From Octopus bimaculoides (lineage: Eukaryota): a DNA stretch of 64,000 bases. The first letter of the stretch is position 1, and each line of letters begins with the position of its first letter. The stretch spans positions 37,079,360 to 37,143,359 of the forward strand of contig NC_068992.1 in the NCBI RefSeq assembly GCF_001194135.2. The letters run 5' to 3'. Both the position numbers and the translations under genes were made by a program. Of the stretch, positions 12,490 to 26,519 are shown one piece after another. The notes under the pieces were generated by a model. The model had not been told where the DNA came from, did no database searches, and was given only the letters and a program-made list of their open reading frames with translations.

Positions 12490-12790
12490 TATGTGCTTCG
12501 GAGAACCTGATATACGCACTAATCTGCTCTGGGTGTCAAGAGCAATACATAGGCCAAACAAAAAACAGTTTATGTAAAAGAATGGCTCTGCATAGATCCC
12601 AGATCAAAATTCCCCCAAAACAGAAAAATAGCATTCAGCCAACACATCAACATTTGTGCCAACAACAAAAATCCAAGCTTCAGAAATTTTACCCTCTACC
12701 AATTCAGTGACGATACAACCTGTAGCCAACGAATTAGTAAAGATACTCTCTTTATTACAAAATACAGTCCCGTTTGAACGCATCTACAAC
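12490..12790 (+). mobile_element. PLE GIY-YIG endonuclease fragment (Neptune-like)
   Basis: CASENLIYALICSGCQEQYIGQTKNSLCKRMALHRSQI; C-terminal FITKYSPV. Confidence 0.85.
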
Positions 12791-13042
12791 AAATGACATA
12801 TCCACCACGGCCTTAGAATAACACAAACAGACATGCAAATATTAAAAATGATACACTCAAGAGATTCCCAAGAAATCATAAAAAAAACAGTCCCAATCAC
12901 TGCTATAATCCATAACAAGCCACTTTTAGGTCACTTGACCATTTAACACCCTACTACTATCATACTAGCTACATTCCTTCTTATTCTCCCATCTCTTTCT
13001 CTTTCTTCTTCGTCTTCTTCCTCTTCGCCACCTCCTCTGTAT

Positions 13043-13112
<70 letters not shown>

Positions 13113-13465
13113 ATTTAATACACAGCCAAATTTCATGTTTTAACTGGTAATATCTATAAAATATGCCGTGTATCTCCAATCAATCTTTCAGACTCTGTTT
13201 ATGCATTATATATATTTTAAAAACAGAGATGCTGGATAATGATAGAATAAGACAGAAAAAAAGAAGAGAAGAAAAACGCAAAGTAAGTTAATGCAAAATT
13301 TGGAACGAGAAGAAAGAAAAGAAAGGAAGACCTCTCAGATCCCCGTCCTCTCTGGTTGCAGAATTACATCGGTATATGTATATCAGTATATGTGATTTCA
13401 AAAACATTAAGCACCTATCTTTTTTCCAGCACTTTGACAAAAGTAATGCAAATCAGTTGGTTAGC

Positions 13466-15005
13466 CACATACAATTAAGTGGAGAATCGTAGAAAAATTC
13501 AAGCCATATGTTAATGGATCTAAGAAATGCAATTTAGGTGTAGCAGAACGATTTCATATTCTTCTGAGATCCAAGAAGTTCAACATATTGCTTAATTTCA
13601 GATCTGAAGATTTTAGCAGGTACAAACACATGGCTAGGTTTCTTTTGTTGAATTGGAGGCCACCACCCGCGCCGGAATATGTCAAAGTCTTGTGGACTTT
13701 GACAAATTTTCTGTTATTTTGTTCTATACCAGCTGAATTAATTGTGGTTTCTGCTACAACAATGGGATAATAGTAACACTGTAATAGATTGGTTTAACAA
13801 TATAAAGGATAAGCATAGGGTTAGATTTACTCAGTTTGATATTATAGATTTTTATCCCTCTATAAAGCAATTGAGTTTACAAAAGCAAATGTTGATAGAC
13901 TTAGACTTTATCATGCATGTGAGAAAAATGTTTCTATTTAGTAAGGGTCCAGCATGGGTTAAAGATTTGATGTATCGATGGGATTGTATGACAGTACTGA
14001 CATCTTTGATCTTGTAAGTCTTTTTACATTAAATACTTTGAGATCCAAGTTCCCATCCCACGATGTTGATTTATACCAAGACAATGGACTGGGAATTTCC
14101 CATGGCTGTGTGACTCCATTACAAATTTATCAAGAAAAAACTCCTTGCTACTATTAGTCAATTAAGCCTCAAAATCACTGTTACTACTAATCTGTCAAAA
14201 TTTGATTTTTTAGATGTTTCACCAGGTCTAAAACCTCACGCTTATAAACCGTACCATAAGCCTAACAAGAAAATCTCCTACATACATAAACAACCCTGCT
14301 GCCTCTCTATAGTATTTAGAAACCTGATAGCTAACATTAGTAATAGGATATCCAATCTCTTCCTCCAAAGAAATTTTTGATGAGGCAGCCCCCTACTATA
14401 TAACAGTGCCCTAGCTAACAATGGCTCCAAATATAAGATATATTACAGCCCTTCTAGTAATAATATGAATCATAAAAATAGACCTAAGAATAGAATAGGA
14501 AAATAATTTGGTTAGCCCCACCTTCTCCCTAAATATTGAAACTAACAAATACAGAAAGATCTTCAACAACATATTGGGGCAGCAGCTATATAATAATTTA
14601 ATTAAGCGTTTGTTAAAGATCATTACCCATAGACACCATCAAGAGCCCATTCCCAGTTGCAACTGTTGAGACTTGGAGCTTATGCGAAGGTGAATTCAAA
14701 AGACGCTATGCTGATTACCTATTTTCTTTCTGGCATGTAGACAAAAGTAAAGCCACTAAGTTAAATCACCACATATGGAGCTTGAAGACCATCTTGATGT
14801 CACATGCAATCAAGTGGAAAATCGTAGCGAAATCCATGCCATATGTTAATGGATCTATAAAGTGCAAGTTATGCATAGCTGATAGATCGCATATCCTTTT
14901 TAGATCTGAGAATCCCACTGCACTGCTGAATTTCAGATTGGAAATTTTCATCAAATGCAAAACATGCACAAGTTTCTTTTGGTGAACTGGAGAACGCCAC
15001 CCTCA
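13466..15005 (+). mobile_element. Degenerate PLE (RT-EN) preceded by a diverged copy of its own EN 3' end (pseudo-LTR-like)
   Basis: VIDWFNNIKDK…FTQFDIIDFYPSI, IMHVRKMFLF…WVK (RT); IKWKIVAKSMPY…CKLCIA…LLNFRLEIFIKC (EN end); 13466-13670 is similar to 14801-15003. Confidence 0.85.
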
Positions 15006-15291
15006 CCAGATTGAGCAGTTGCATCACTGAATTTAGAGCCTTTCCATTGATTCTACACCAACTAGCTTTATGGCAAAGGGATCATAATTCTAATTCTCTT
15101 CTTTTTTTTTTTTGAATCTACCTTTTTCTCATGATTTCTCTTTTCCTATTGTCCTGATTAGTAATAGGCCATGTGCTCAGAGAATGAAAATTACTTGGAG
15201 ATACTAGGTGTAATATTAAAACCTGCCTAGAAAATATCTCCAATGTATGAAACTATTTATAGCTCACAACTATATACTGTGTACATTAAAC

Positions 15292-15334
<43 letters not shown>

Positions 15335-15335
<1 letters not shown>

Positions 15336-15445
15336 CCGGAGTAAGCACATAAATGTGAAACAAGGTGGAAAAAAGAGTTCTCAAATACCAGAGGTAGAGT
15401 AATATGCTTTATTTAACAGCTTTTGTTATATTTCTGCTGCCTTTA
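15335..15445 (-). mobile_element. PLE-type 3' tail fragment abutting (TA)n
   Basis: RC reads aataaagcatattactctacctctggtatttgag…ccggtatatat, resembling the acctctgg tail at 6555/10191. Confidence 0.4.
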
Positions 15446-15460
15446 AATAAAGTATACACA

Positions 15461-15512
<52 letters not shown>

Positions 15513-16189
15513 CACACACACACACAAACACACATTACATACATACTCTGGGATTGATTAAGTGATGTAGACACTGCTGATGAGAACTCATAAGATTCAA
15601 ATATCAATTAAAGCTGTTCATCACTTTTTCAATCTACAGAGAAATAAATTCACTCTGTTTATATATTTACTGCATAGGCTACATGTATTATATCATACCT
15701 TGAAACTGTGTGAACTGATATCCACAATGACAGGCCACTAACATTAAATAAAATACTGAATACTTATAGTATGCAAATTAGTCGCTCCAGCTCTCTGAAG
15801 CAACTGGATCTGTTGTGTATATAAACAATTTGGCTCCTTCCTTTTTTTTTTTTTTTCTGAGATCTGTTAAATGACAGAGACACTTTTGATGCAAACCCAA
15901 TAAAATCTGAAAATTGATTATGACTGTTTGCTGTTTTTTTTTTTTTTTCAATCTGCAGAGAAATAGTTAAATTTGCCCTGTTTAAACATTTACTGCATTG
16001 GTTATATATATATATACATATAAGGGAAGAGTATCTGTATGCATGTATATATGTGTAAGTATCCATTTTTCAAATTGTATGTCAATACTTTGTACCTGAA
16101 TATCTGAAATGTTGTATAGAGGCCTGAAAACCTGTCTTGAGCAATATGTCTTTCTATTTATTATATTGTCCAATATTTCCATCCTTGTG

Positions 16190-16525
16190 AAGGCACATGG
16201 CTCAGTGGTTATGAGTTCTATTCCTGGGCCAGGCTGTGCATTGTGTTCTTGAGCAAGACACTTTATTTTACCTTGCTCCAATTCACTCAAATCTAGAAAT
16301 GAGTTGCAATGTCATTGGTGCCAAGTTGTTTTGGTAGTCTCCTTTCCCTTGGACAACATCAGTGGCATGGACAGGGGAGACTGGTATGCATGGGTGACTG
16401 CTTGTCTTCCACAAAACAAACTTGCCTGGACTTGTGCCTCAGAAGGGAATTTTGTAGGTGCAATCCTATGGTTACTCATGACAGAAGGGGGTCTTCACCC
16501 TTCTACCCAATCTTTCAAAAGGAGT
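16190..16525 (+). mobile_element. Decayed tRNA/CORE-type SINE
   Basis: ggcacatggctcagtggtta (A box), gagttctattcc (B box), cttgagcaagacactttat (CORE-like). Confidence 0.7.
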
Positions 16526-18212
16526 AGACAATTACAAAATAGTTCATTAAAAGAAACATATACATACATGTATATAGATATTTTTTTTATTCTTAATATT
16601 TCAAAAGGTAACAAAATATTAGTAAGAAAATAAGGCACAATATTCCAAAATTCTTCTGGTGGCAATCTATCAATATTTTATATAAAGCCCCAATTTATAT
16701 AACATACAAATTGTTTTGTATCTCTTTTCTTTTCTCTCTAGATACTGAAACTGAATCTAAAACAAACTTTTGCTTTTGTTTTTCTCTTTTGTTTTGTCAT
16801 GTTGTTCTTTTCTGATGAGGTCTGTATCAGAAATATTCAATATTTAAGCATGATAGAATAATGTGCTTGTCTGATTAATTTTCATTTCTTTTTTGTTTTC
16901 TTATCCTCCTGCTCATTCAGCACAGTTATTCCAATAATTTCTTCAATGCTATTAATGGCCTCCTGGGAACATGAGGAATAGAAAATATCAAAATAAAATA
17001 AAGAGTAAAAACAATATTTTTTAAATAACAAAAACTTTTAATGAGAAATAAAGCAGTTAAAACAACAAATATTAACATTATCACACATAGTAACTATCAT
17101 GCCACAAATATTATAAAAAATTTGTACTTGATAATTTCCATAGTTATTCAACTTGAATATTATCTAATTCAATATGCCAAGTTATCAAGGTTGTATAAAA
17201 GAAACACTGGTATTAGAATTGAAATGGAAGTCAACCATTTTAAGTCTGTAGCCTTTGCTTAAAGCAGCCCTGAAAAATTATCTGCTTTAAAATCAATTCA
17301 GTATAATGGAATTTCAATCTTTTTTTTTTAGATATGATATGCTTCCATCTCTGTCAGTTTAATACATTAAAATCAGATTTAAAGTTACAACAGTTGTATG
17401 TAGTATTATCCACTATATAAATTTGCCAGCACATATGGACTGTTAAAAATTTTAATATGATAATGACTATTTGAATAGCTATTCATAGCAGTGACCATCA
17501 TTTGATAGTGTCTAAAAAAGATGGAATTTACATTCAGTGAGAGATAAAAATTAAATTAAAAAGAAAACAAAAACAAAGTTTAATCTTATGAATATTTGTT
17601 CCAAGAATAATTTTATGTCTGTTTACTTTGCTCTGAAAAATATTTTTATTTTATGGATTATTATTGGAATATTTTATTTCATGCTGAAATTATTTAAATT
17701 TAAAAACAAACATCTAACAATTGATTTCAATAAATATTATTTTGTTTGTAATTATTTTTTTAGTTTCCTTCTACACTATATTTTTCTGTCTACTTATAAC
17801 TTTTATCAATATGCACTTGCTCATAATTTTTTCTATATTTTTTGCAAACAAAATCTTTCTTAACATACATTTAGAAGGAAAATAATATGAGGAAAGAAAA
17901 AGAAAAACGTTTTCCAAGAGAAATCAATGTTTAATAACAAAGATAATTCAAAAATACTAAAAAATATTGAAAATTTCATAATCAAAACTACTGAAACCAA
18001 TACAAAACACAAGTAAATTCTGGGAAACAGAAATAAACTTGGAACATATTTTACAGTCACTATTTAATATCATTATATTAATAATGATGCATGAAATTAC
18101 AGTTAAGAGGTGTCAGATTAATTGTGAAGATGTGATATTCATACCCTTCTAAAGAACAAAAACCAAGTTTCTAAACCTTGAATAATAGGTTAACACTTAC
18201 CACATCAAGTCT

Positions 18213-18345
18213 AATGATGATGGTGATGGTGATGGTGATGGTGATGGTGATGATGAGGATAATGATGATGAGGATGATGATGATGATAATGATGATGATA
18301 AATAAATAAATAATGATGATGATAACAATGATAATAAAAATAATA
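18213..18345. repeat. Compound (ATG/GTG/ATA)n microsatellite
   Basis: Trinucleotide array. Confidence 0.9.
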
Positions 18346-18626
18346 ATAGTTAGTAGATGATTTGAAGTGGGAAGTATGAAGGTTGTGGTCAATGAGGAGA
18401 GTAGATGTGATACCAATAATAATTGGCACACTTGGAAGTATCAACACTCAACTACCAATGTGGCTCAAAAACATTGGTACAAAGGTAAGGATAGAACATC
18501 TACAAAAGTCAGCACTGCTTGGAACTGCAAGAATTCTTCGCAGGGTTCTTGAAGTAAACAAGAGTCACCTCAGTCTGCTGGCTGTGGACAGCTGACACTT
18601 TCCATCATACCCAGCAAAATAATAAA
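18345..18626 (+). mobile_element. R4/Dong-like (RLE) LINE, 3' end fragment
   Basis: MWSMRRVDVIPIIIGTLG…LQKSALLGTARILRRVL, the typical C-terminus of R4-clade ORFs. Confidence 0.8.
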
Positions 18627-19135
18627 CTGCCCTGATGCAATACCAACCAGTGGCTCTCATGGCTTCCGATCTTAATTAATTGGATTGTTATCATTACATG
18701 TTTTTGTCTTGGTGTAAAACATGGGCTACAGCAAATATTCTGCTCAATACCACACATTTGCTTGTCAATTTCTTGACCTTAACCAGTTGAGTATGTCCCT
18801 TAGTGGCTAATAATATGTGCATCTCTAATCATGAACAGAAATAGTGGTGGAGCCATATGCTGAAAGTAATTCTTTGGGGTTTGAATAATTCCCCCCTGGA
18901 AACCTGGGTGTTTTGTTCATCATCCTAAAACAACTTCTATTCAGGGATCTTTTGCATTGGTTGAGCCACTCAGCCTGAAGAAAATTCTAACAGGAACCTA
19001 CCTGCAAATTCATGTATTGTTTATCTTGATATGAGATCAGTATGTCGCGTGCATATGGTTGTAATGCATGTGACTGGTGTACCCATATCAAACAGGTAAT
19101 AATGATGGGTATATTGGGCTTCATATATTCTAGGT
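18627..19135 (-). mobile_element. RTE LINE 3' coding fragment (decayed)
   Basis: RC resembles the RTE C-terminus (…DN….LRSEAMRATGW); I recognise it as a common repeat. Confidence 0.5.
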
Positions 19136-19299
19136 AAGGGGGCTAATCAATTACATTGATCCCAGTACCCAACTAGTACTTATTTTATTGACCCTAAGGG
19201 ATGAAAGGTAAAGTTGACCTCAGTAGCATTTGAACTCAGAACCTAAAGCCAGAAGAAATGCTAGTACAAAGCCAATAATCTGTAAAGGGATAGATGTAG

Positions 19300-20320
19300 T
19301 TAATTTCTTTTTTATATCATTAAGTGAAAGGTGGAGGGTAGTGCCCTTGACATTTGCAGGATAACCTAGTTCAGCACAGTTAATGTGATTGACATTCAAA
19401 TTAAACTTCTCCATATTGTCACCAATGAGAGTGCCAGTGGAAATAAACTGCAGAGAATTGATTAGCAGCATATATATTGCAGGAATTGGCAAGTGAAGTA
19501 AAGTAGAGAAAGCAAGTGGTGACATATGTACATCAGTTGTCTTTGGGTGGAAGTAGTATGCAGTTTTCTTATTTTCAGAATCAGATACCCTCATAAAACG
19601 GTAAAAGAAATAGCAAAAGGAAACAACACAACTGTAATCAAATGACAGTATTGAGCTGTTGATGGAATCTTTGCAAATCAAATGAATTGTCATGTTAAGA
19701 AGTTTCCTAAGTTATTTAGCTGTGTAGCAGCACTACCCTAGGTGTATCAAACTTGAGTTTTGTAGAGTTTCAGCTTCACCAGTATTGAAGTATCTTTTAG
19801 TGCAACACAGGATACCTAGACTTTGGGATGCTGGTTTGGGAATGCTATAGATTATGAAGCCTAGCATTGATAAAATTTCTGAAATTTTAGTTGTATAATA
19901 GAGAAAGTATTACAAATATGTCTACTTACTATATTTACTGGCTGCATCCGAGTGTTATTGAATGGGATAAGCTGGCCCTATTCTGAATGGAAGATGACTA
20001 CTAGATCTCTCTTTATAGAGTAAGTGCATAGTGTTGAGGAGTATACATAGATGTGACAAGAATATAATTAATGAACAGAAGAAACAATATGAGAGATGTA
20101 ACAATTGAGTGTAGCAGAGTTGATGAAATGAATGACAGAGAGTATCCCACACTGCATTAGAACACTCTGAGAGGGAACCCTTGACCTGAGATAAGTGAGC
20201 AACTTTGATAGGATGCTTTCATGGTTGAAAGCTATATTGATGTCAAGACCAATAACATATTTAGCTGTGTAAGGGTTATAGATTTGCATACCAAGTGGGG
20301 TAAAATTAATCATACACTTA
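19300..20320 (-). mobile_element. Decayed CR1/Zenon-like LINE, RT and C-terminus
   Basis: IGLDINIAF..ESILSKL, RVPSQSVL (GVPQGSVL), SQSLGILCCTKRYF, C-terminal YFFYRF…NMEKFNLNVNHIN. Confidence 0.6.
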
Positions 20321-21587
20321 GCTGTCTAAGACAGATCAGAAGTGAAACACTAAATCTAATACATAAATAGATGAGAAGGAAGGAAGACAAAGTAAGCAGG
20401 TAGGTTAACAGAGAGAAAAGTAAAAAGTTGATAGATTTAAAACATATATAATCTCATTAATGTATGAATAATTTTGAGTTTCAAGTAAATTTCTTATTTA
20501 TTTTAAATAAATAATTTATGTGTGATAATTTTAGTGTTTGTTCCTCATATTCATTATTTACATTCCTAAGATCTAACTAGCATGGAATGAAGTAAATGTA
20601 AATAAACAAATAGTACCAACCTTGAAATTAGTTTCTCCTTGCATGTTAGGGGATGATACTTCTTCATGTAGTGTGTTGAGGTTTCGAGCAAATGCAGCCA
20701 AACCATTGCGTAAGTCCTTACAAATGACCCTAAAAATATTTCCGGATTGTTAATCTTAAAATCTGCACAAGAAAATAATGCAACAAAGTTCTGCAAATGT
20801 AATTCTCTAAAGATAATATGCACAGATAACTTTATATTAATGTAGCAACAATAGTGCTGCCACTACCACCACCACTTTATATTAATATAGCAACAATAGT
20901 ACTGCCACTACCACCACCACCACTTTATATCTATTTTTCTTCAATGCATGGATTTAACATGTCTTCCCTAGCATAGCGTCTGCCATTTAACTTTATCTAG
21001 TCCTTCATTGTCTTCACTGAGTTCACCCAACAAAGATCAACTTTACCACTTCTTTTTGTGTCTGTTCTCTTTACTCTTCCTCTTTTGCAGGTTCCTTACA
21101 CCTGGATTGCTTGGCACCTCTTTACCCAACTGCTAACCTCCACACAATAAATATCCCCACCAGCAAACTCTTTCTACTACTTTCATAATTTGGCCCATCA
21201 GTTCGAACTTCTGTAGTTATTCCTTTCTAGAGTATTTCAGCTTTGCAGTTGATGACAATACTGTTATGTTAGTTATTTAGAATGAACCATCCAATTTAAC
21301 TTGATTGACTATACAAGTGACTAGTAGAGATTACTTTCAGCATCTCAACTGCCTGATTGTCTGGCTGCTTTATTTCTCTTCATAATCTCTAACTTCAACT
21401 TCTTTCCTTGATGTATATATACTTGCTACCTGGTGCTGCTCTTTGCACTCACCAGTTTTCCTTTCTTTTGGGTTTGTGTTTTTCTTCTTTTATGGCTCAA
21501 TCAACTATACCAGTACAGCAACATTTCATCTGTCAAAGTGAAACCTTACTACAATCACAGAAACTCACAGCTGTCATCTGTGAGCTG

Positions 21588-22640
21588 TATGAGGTTGGGC
21601 TGAAAAGTTCATATGAAGGAGTGATGTTACAGTTATGAAATCTTGCATACATTAATTTCAACTCTGTTTTTTTTAAGTGAATTGTTTCTTTCCAGCTAAA
21701 CTTACATCTAGCTGTTCAAAGAACACTTCATTAGTGAGTAGTAGTGAATTCTCTTGAAAATGGAAAAAATTTGATTTCATGATGTTATCAAGTACCTACA
21801 GAAGAAGGGTTTATCCCCCCAATGACATTCATACTGACATGGCTGCTACGTTAGGGGATGACACTTCTGCTTTATCAACAGTGCAAAAATAGGCAACTGA
21901 ATTTAGGAAAGGAAGGGAAAGTCTTAAAGATAAACCACCATATGAATGTCCTGCAACTACCACCATTGAGGAAAGCATAGATCATTGCATATCCCATGAG
22001 AGAGTTGAAAATACTCTGCATAATAAACTTGGCATTAGGAAGGCTTCATATTTGGACACCTGATCAGAAGCACATCAGGCTGATCACATCATGGGAAAAA
22101 TCTGACATTGTTTCAGGCAGATCTGGATGGTTTCTTTGTATGTTTCCTAACCCACGATGAGTGTTGGGTTCATCACTTTGACCCAGAGACAAAGTGACAA
22201 TCCACGCAGTGGAAACACCCCTCTTCACCTACTCCAAAGAACTACTAAAAAGAAGGCCAAGGTCATTTCAAGCAGGGAAAGTGATGGCCTCAAGTTTTGG
22301 GGATGCATTGTGTTTATTGACTTTCTTCAAAAGGGCCACACCATCAATGAAGAGTACTATACAAACTTTCTGAGGCAGTTGCAAAAGGCTATCAAGACAA
22401 AACACCAAGGAAACAGGTCTTGTTTCATTAGGACAATGCTCCAGTACACAAGTCCTTGGTTTCAATAGCTGCTGTACTGGTGATCACCCTCCCTATTCTC
22501 CTTGTTTGGCCCCATCTGACTATCACCTCTTCCTCAGCAGGAAAAACCAGTACCACAGTGATGATGACATCCTATTTTCTGTTAATGACTGTTTTAACCA
22601 ACAGGAGTATCAAAAATAGCATGATTTGTGTTTGTATCCA
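21588..22640 (+). mobile_element. Mariner DNA transposon, degenerate transposase
   Basis: TIR-like TATGAGGTTGGGCTGAAAAGTT; MEK…VIKYLQKKG, WVHHFDPETK.QS, KKAKVISS, IVFIDFLQKGHTINEEYY. Confidence 0.85.
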
Positions 22641-22829
22641 AAGTTTGTCCTCATTAGATGTTTCATTGCCAATGATTAACACTTGCCATCTTGTATGCTT
22701 TTATTGTAGATCATACAGTGCAGTATGCTGTATTGAATGTTAAATAAAAACTATCATAATATCACACCTGTCTTTTGTATATTGTCTTACATCAATTTAT
22801 TTGACATTCAAAGGGGAGCAATTTCTTTG

Positions 22830-25322
22830 ACCAGAATGCTTTGATTCTTCTGATTCTCTTGATGCTGCAAAGAACTAGAACCACTGGCACTAAACTTTCA
22901 ACAATTTCTTATCCACCATTGAAGATCAAAATCCTGATAAACTCCACTTGCTGACCAATTTTGTGGCTTCACCAGTATACAAATATATTGCAGAATGTCC
23001 TTATTATGAAACTGCTATTGAAACTCTTGAAAACTTGTATGTTAAACCAAGAAATGAGATATTTGCTAGGCATATTCTCACTACTACAAAACAAGAACTG
23101 GGTCAAACCTTATACCAGATTTTACAAAAGCTTAAAGGACTTTCCAAAGAATGCAACTTTAAAGTTGTTATTGCAGAAAAGAATTGTGAAGATGCCATTC
23201 AAGATGCATTCATCAGTGGTCTAAGCTCAAATCATATCAGACAGATTGTTGAAAAATAAAATTCTTGAACTTCAAAGGGCTTTTGACCTGGCTCGATCTC
23301 TTGAAATGGCTTACACAACCCAAACTCCCCATGGTGGTATCTCTTTGACCAAGAATACTGAATCTGAAGATATGTCATCTACAACAGCAGCAGTGAACTC
23401 CTTAAAATGTTTTGTTTGTTTTTTGTAGTTACTTTCCCCATCCTAGGTCAAAATGTCCTGCACTGAATGCCACCTGCAAAAGATGTGGTAAAAAGGGACA
23501 TTTCTTAAAGGTTTGCTAATTTAAGCCTAATTCTATGTGGTCTGAATTTGTATCTGCCACAGATCTTCAATTGAGTACAGTTATTACTGCAGCTGCACCT
23601 ACTAGCCTGTCTAAAGCTATCATCAATATTTCCATCAACAATACTTCTATCAAAGCTCTTGCTGACACTGGAAGTTCTGATAGCTACATCTGCTCTGATC
23701 TTGCCAAATCCCTGGAACTAAACACTTATCCTTTAGAGACAAAGATTTCCATGGCTTCCCTAAAACTTTCAAGTGTAACAAAAGGAAATTGTTTTGTGCA
23801 GCTCTGATGCCAAGGTCAAGTGTATGACAATGTAAAACTTCCCTTGTTACCCGGACTATGATCAGATGTTATACTGGGACATGATTTCTTGAACCAGCAT
23901 GAAGGACTTCAGATTTCTTTCAAAGAAGAAAAGCCTATTTTTTCTGTGTGTGGAATAGCAGCAGCAAAGGTTGAAGCACCATCCTTATTTCACAACCTGG
24001 CCCTGGGTTGCAAACCAATTGCAACAGTCTTGTTGTTTTTCAAAGCCTGATGAACAGTTCATTGACTCTGAAATACAAAAACTGTTATGTGATGACATCA
24101 TTGAGCTTTCAAACTTACCCTGGACACAAAAAAAAGGCTCATAGTTAATTACAGTCAGACCATTAACCACTTCACTCAGCTCAATGCTTATCCATTACCA
24201 AGAATCGATGAAATGGTTGAGAGCATATCAATGTATGAAATATACAGTACATTAGATCTCCACAGTGCCTATCATCAGATACCAATTAAGGAAGAAGAGT
24301 GACATTTTACAGCTTTTGAAGCCAAAGAGAACTTGTACCATTTTAAGCATATTCCTTTTAGGATCCCCAATGGAGTTGCCTGTTTTCAACGCATCATAAA
24401 CAATACGAATAGAGACAAGAAGATCAAGAATACTTTTGCATAATTGGATAATATTACCATCTGTGGAAAGAATCAAGAAGACCATGACAAAAATTTTGTG
24501 CACTTCCTTGACTGTGCTAAGTATCACATAACCTTCTATGAAAAGAAGACCATTATTAGTGCAAAGGAAATCAAGTTACTTGGGTTTCGAGTATCAAAAG
24601 GAAACATCAAATTTGATCCTCAATGACTGCAACAGTTCAAAGAACTTGCTGATCCACATGATTCCAAATCTCAAAAAAGAGTCATTGGCATGTTCTCTTA
24701 CTACTCATCATGGATTTTGCATTTTTCTGATAAAATTCATCCTCTGATAAGAAATAAAACATTCCCCTTACCAGTAAAAGTGAAAAATGCCTTTGAGTAT
24801 CTGAAAGCAGAAATTGCAAAAACAATTGTTATGACTATTCACTTGACTCTGCCCCAAGTGGTTGAGACAGATGCCTCAGACATAGCAATCACAGCAACTC
24901 TTAATCAATGTGGAAAACCCGTTGCCTTCTCCTCAAGATCACTGAATCCAAGTGAAAGGAATCACTCATCGTAGAAGCTCTTCAAAGGTGGAAGCATTAT
25001 CTTATTGGCAAGCATTTAAAATTAATCACAGACTAAAAGAGTATTACTTTCATGCCCAGACAAGCAAATTCAAGCATGTCAAAATACAGCACTGGCATAT
25101 TGAACTGTCTTGCTACAGTTACGATGTTGTCTACAGGCTTGGAACTGAAAATCTCGCAGCTGATGCGCTATCTCATGCTTCCTGCTCTGCTTCCACCTCG
25201 GGTAGTTCTGATAGACTTAAAGAAATCCATTCCTCACTTTGTCATCCAGGAATGTTTCACTATGTTAAATCTAAAAACTTACCCTTTCCCATCGAAGAAG
25301 TGAAGCAAATGACTGTAAATTG
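22830..25322 (+). mobile_element. Ty3/Gypsy LTR retrotransposon internal region (gag-pro-RT-RNaseH-start of IN), degenerate; no LTR recognised
   Basis: KPRNEIFARHIL (gag), CKRCGKKGHFLKVC, ALADTGSSDSYI (protease), LDLHSAYHQIPI, A*LDNITICG (RT), VETDASDIAI (RNase H), HSSLCHPG (IN Zn finger). Confidence 0.9.
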
Positions 25323-25469
25323 ATTTATTTGTTTCCATGTCTTCATTCTAAAGATTGTCTTGCATCTTTCTGTCCATCTTGTGTTTACTCTGATATCACA
25401 AATCCATAGTCAATGTTGAGTTGTACATTCTTCACCAAGAAAATATTTAGAATTTGTACAATCATCATC

Positions 25470-25720
25470 ATTATTTTTTTAACATCTGTTTTCTATGTTA
25501 TCATAGATTAGTCACTCTGACAGGATCTGATGGATCTGAGGACTGTCATGTTCCAATGCCTGGATGGTCTTCCTAATGACAACCACTTTGGAGAGTACTG
25601 GGTGGTTTTCTGTGGTACTAGTACTAGTGAGGCCACCATGTAGCTCACCTTGCATAAAGCTGCCTCCTTTTCAGCTGAGTAGAAAGGAAGGCAGCTTATG
25701 CTAGGTGATGAAAAGTATGA
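25470..25720 (-). mobile_element. RTE-type 3' tail repeat with a long hairpin
   Basis: Similar to the tails at 49907, 52497 and 55130 (…ttcctaatgacaaccact…gagagt); (ATC)n terminus. Confidence 0.55.
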
Positions 25721-26519
25721 AGGAAGAGGCTGAAACTGGTTCCTTACTATAGAGGGTATGCATTATACAAGGTTCTGGAAAGTGAGATAAAGATAGTGGT
25801 GATGGGGTGTCAGAGTAGGAGCTGGGGACAGAAGAATAGGAAGGATGACTGGGTAGAGGTTACAAGAGAGAATGGAAAGAGCTAAAGAGGGTTAGAGATG
25901 GGATAAAGGATGCAAATATACTGTATGATGAGGGTGGGGCAGTTGATGACAAATATAAGATATATGGAAAGTAAAAAAGAGCAGATGGTGATTAGAGATT
26001 GGGTAATGTAGTGGAATAAATATAGTGAACGATGGAGGGATGATCAATAATACATATGAGCTGGAGGAAGGTCAGAAACATTAGATGCTGACTGGTAGTA
26101 CAAAAGAGAGGAGAAGTAATATTACAATAGAGTTGCATGAAACTGCAATGCAGCAAGAGTGTGAGTGGAGAGAAAGATGTTGTGTGTGGGGTGAATAAGG
26201 CAAGTCAACAGGAAATGGTTTGGGGAAGACTGCAAAGAGTATGAGAGCTGAACAATAATAGGAGCAGGTCAATAGCAAGTGATTCACTGGAGAGGTGGGA
26301 GAGATAATTTGGAGAGGGACAATGTTAAGAATGAGATTATGAGAAAGATAGCTAGTAACATGGAAAAAATGATAAAATATATAGTTCTGCCCACATTTAA
26401 TTACAGAAACAGAATAATGCAGTTAGGTAAGTAAGGGAGAAGTTAGTGACAAAAAAAAAAAATGAAGGTGTGGGGTATATGCTTTCAGAACTTCAGTTTT
26501 ATTGAGAGGAGCAAAGTTT

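Noticed and set aside
15570-15615. CTGATGAG…TTCAAAT hammerhead candidate
   Set aside because: GAAA lacks its G and no stem I pairing is found
16811-16835. CTGATGA…GAAA hammerhead candidate
   Set aside because: The core itself pairs (tctgat/atcaga); no stem II or stem I forms
16875-16962. Possible terminal exon on the minus strand (EAINSIEEIIG…NEN*) after a good acceptor
   Set aside because: No recognisable homology or partner exons; could be chance
19220-19693. 157-aa ORF that could be a host exon
   Set aside because: Explained as the C-terminus of the decayed CR1-like LINE running into a SINE fragment
25720-26400. Purine-rich segment possibly from an I-clade LINE
   Set aside because: No motif is clear enough to assign
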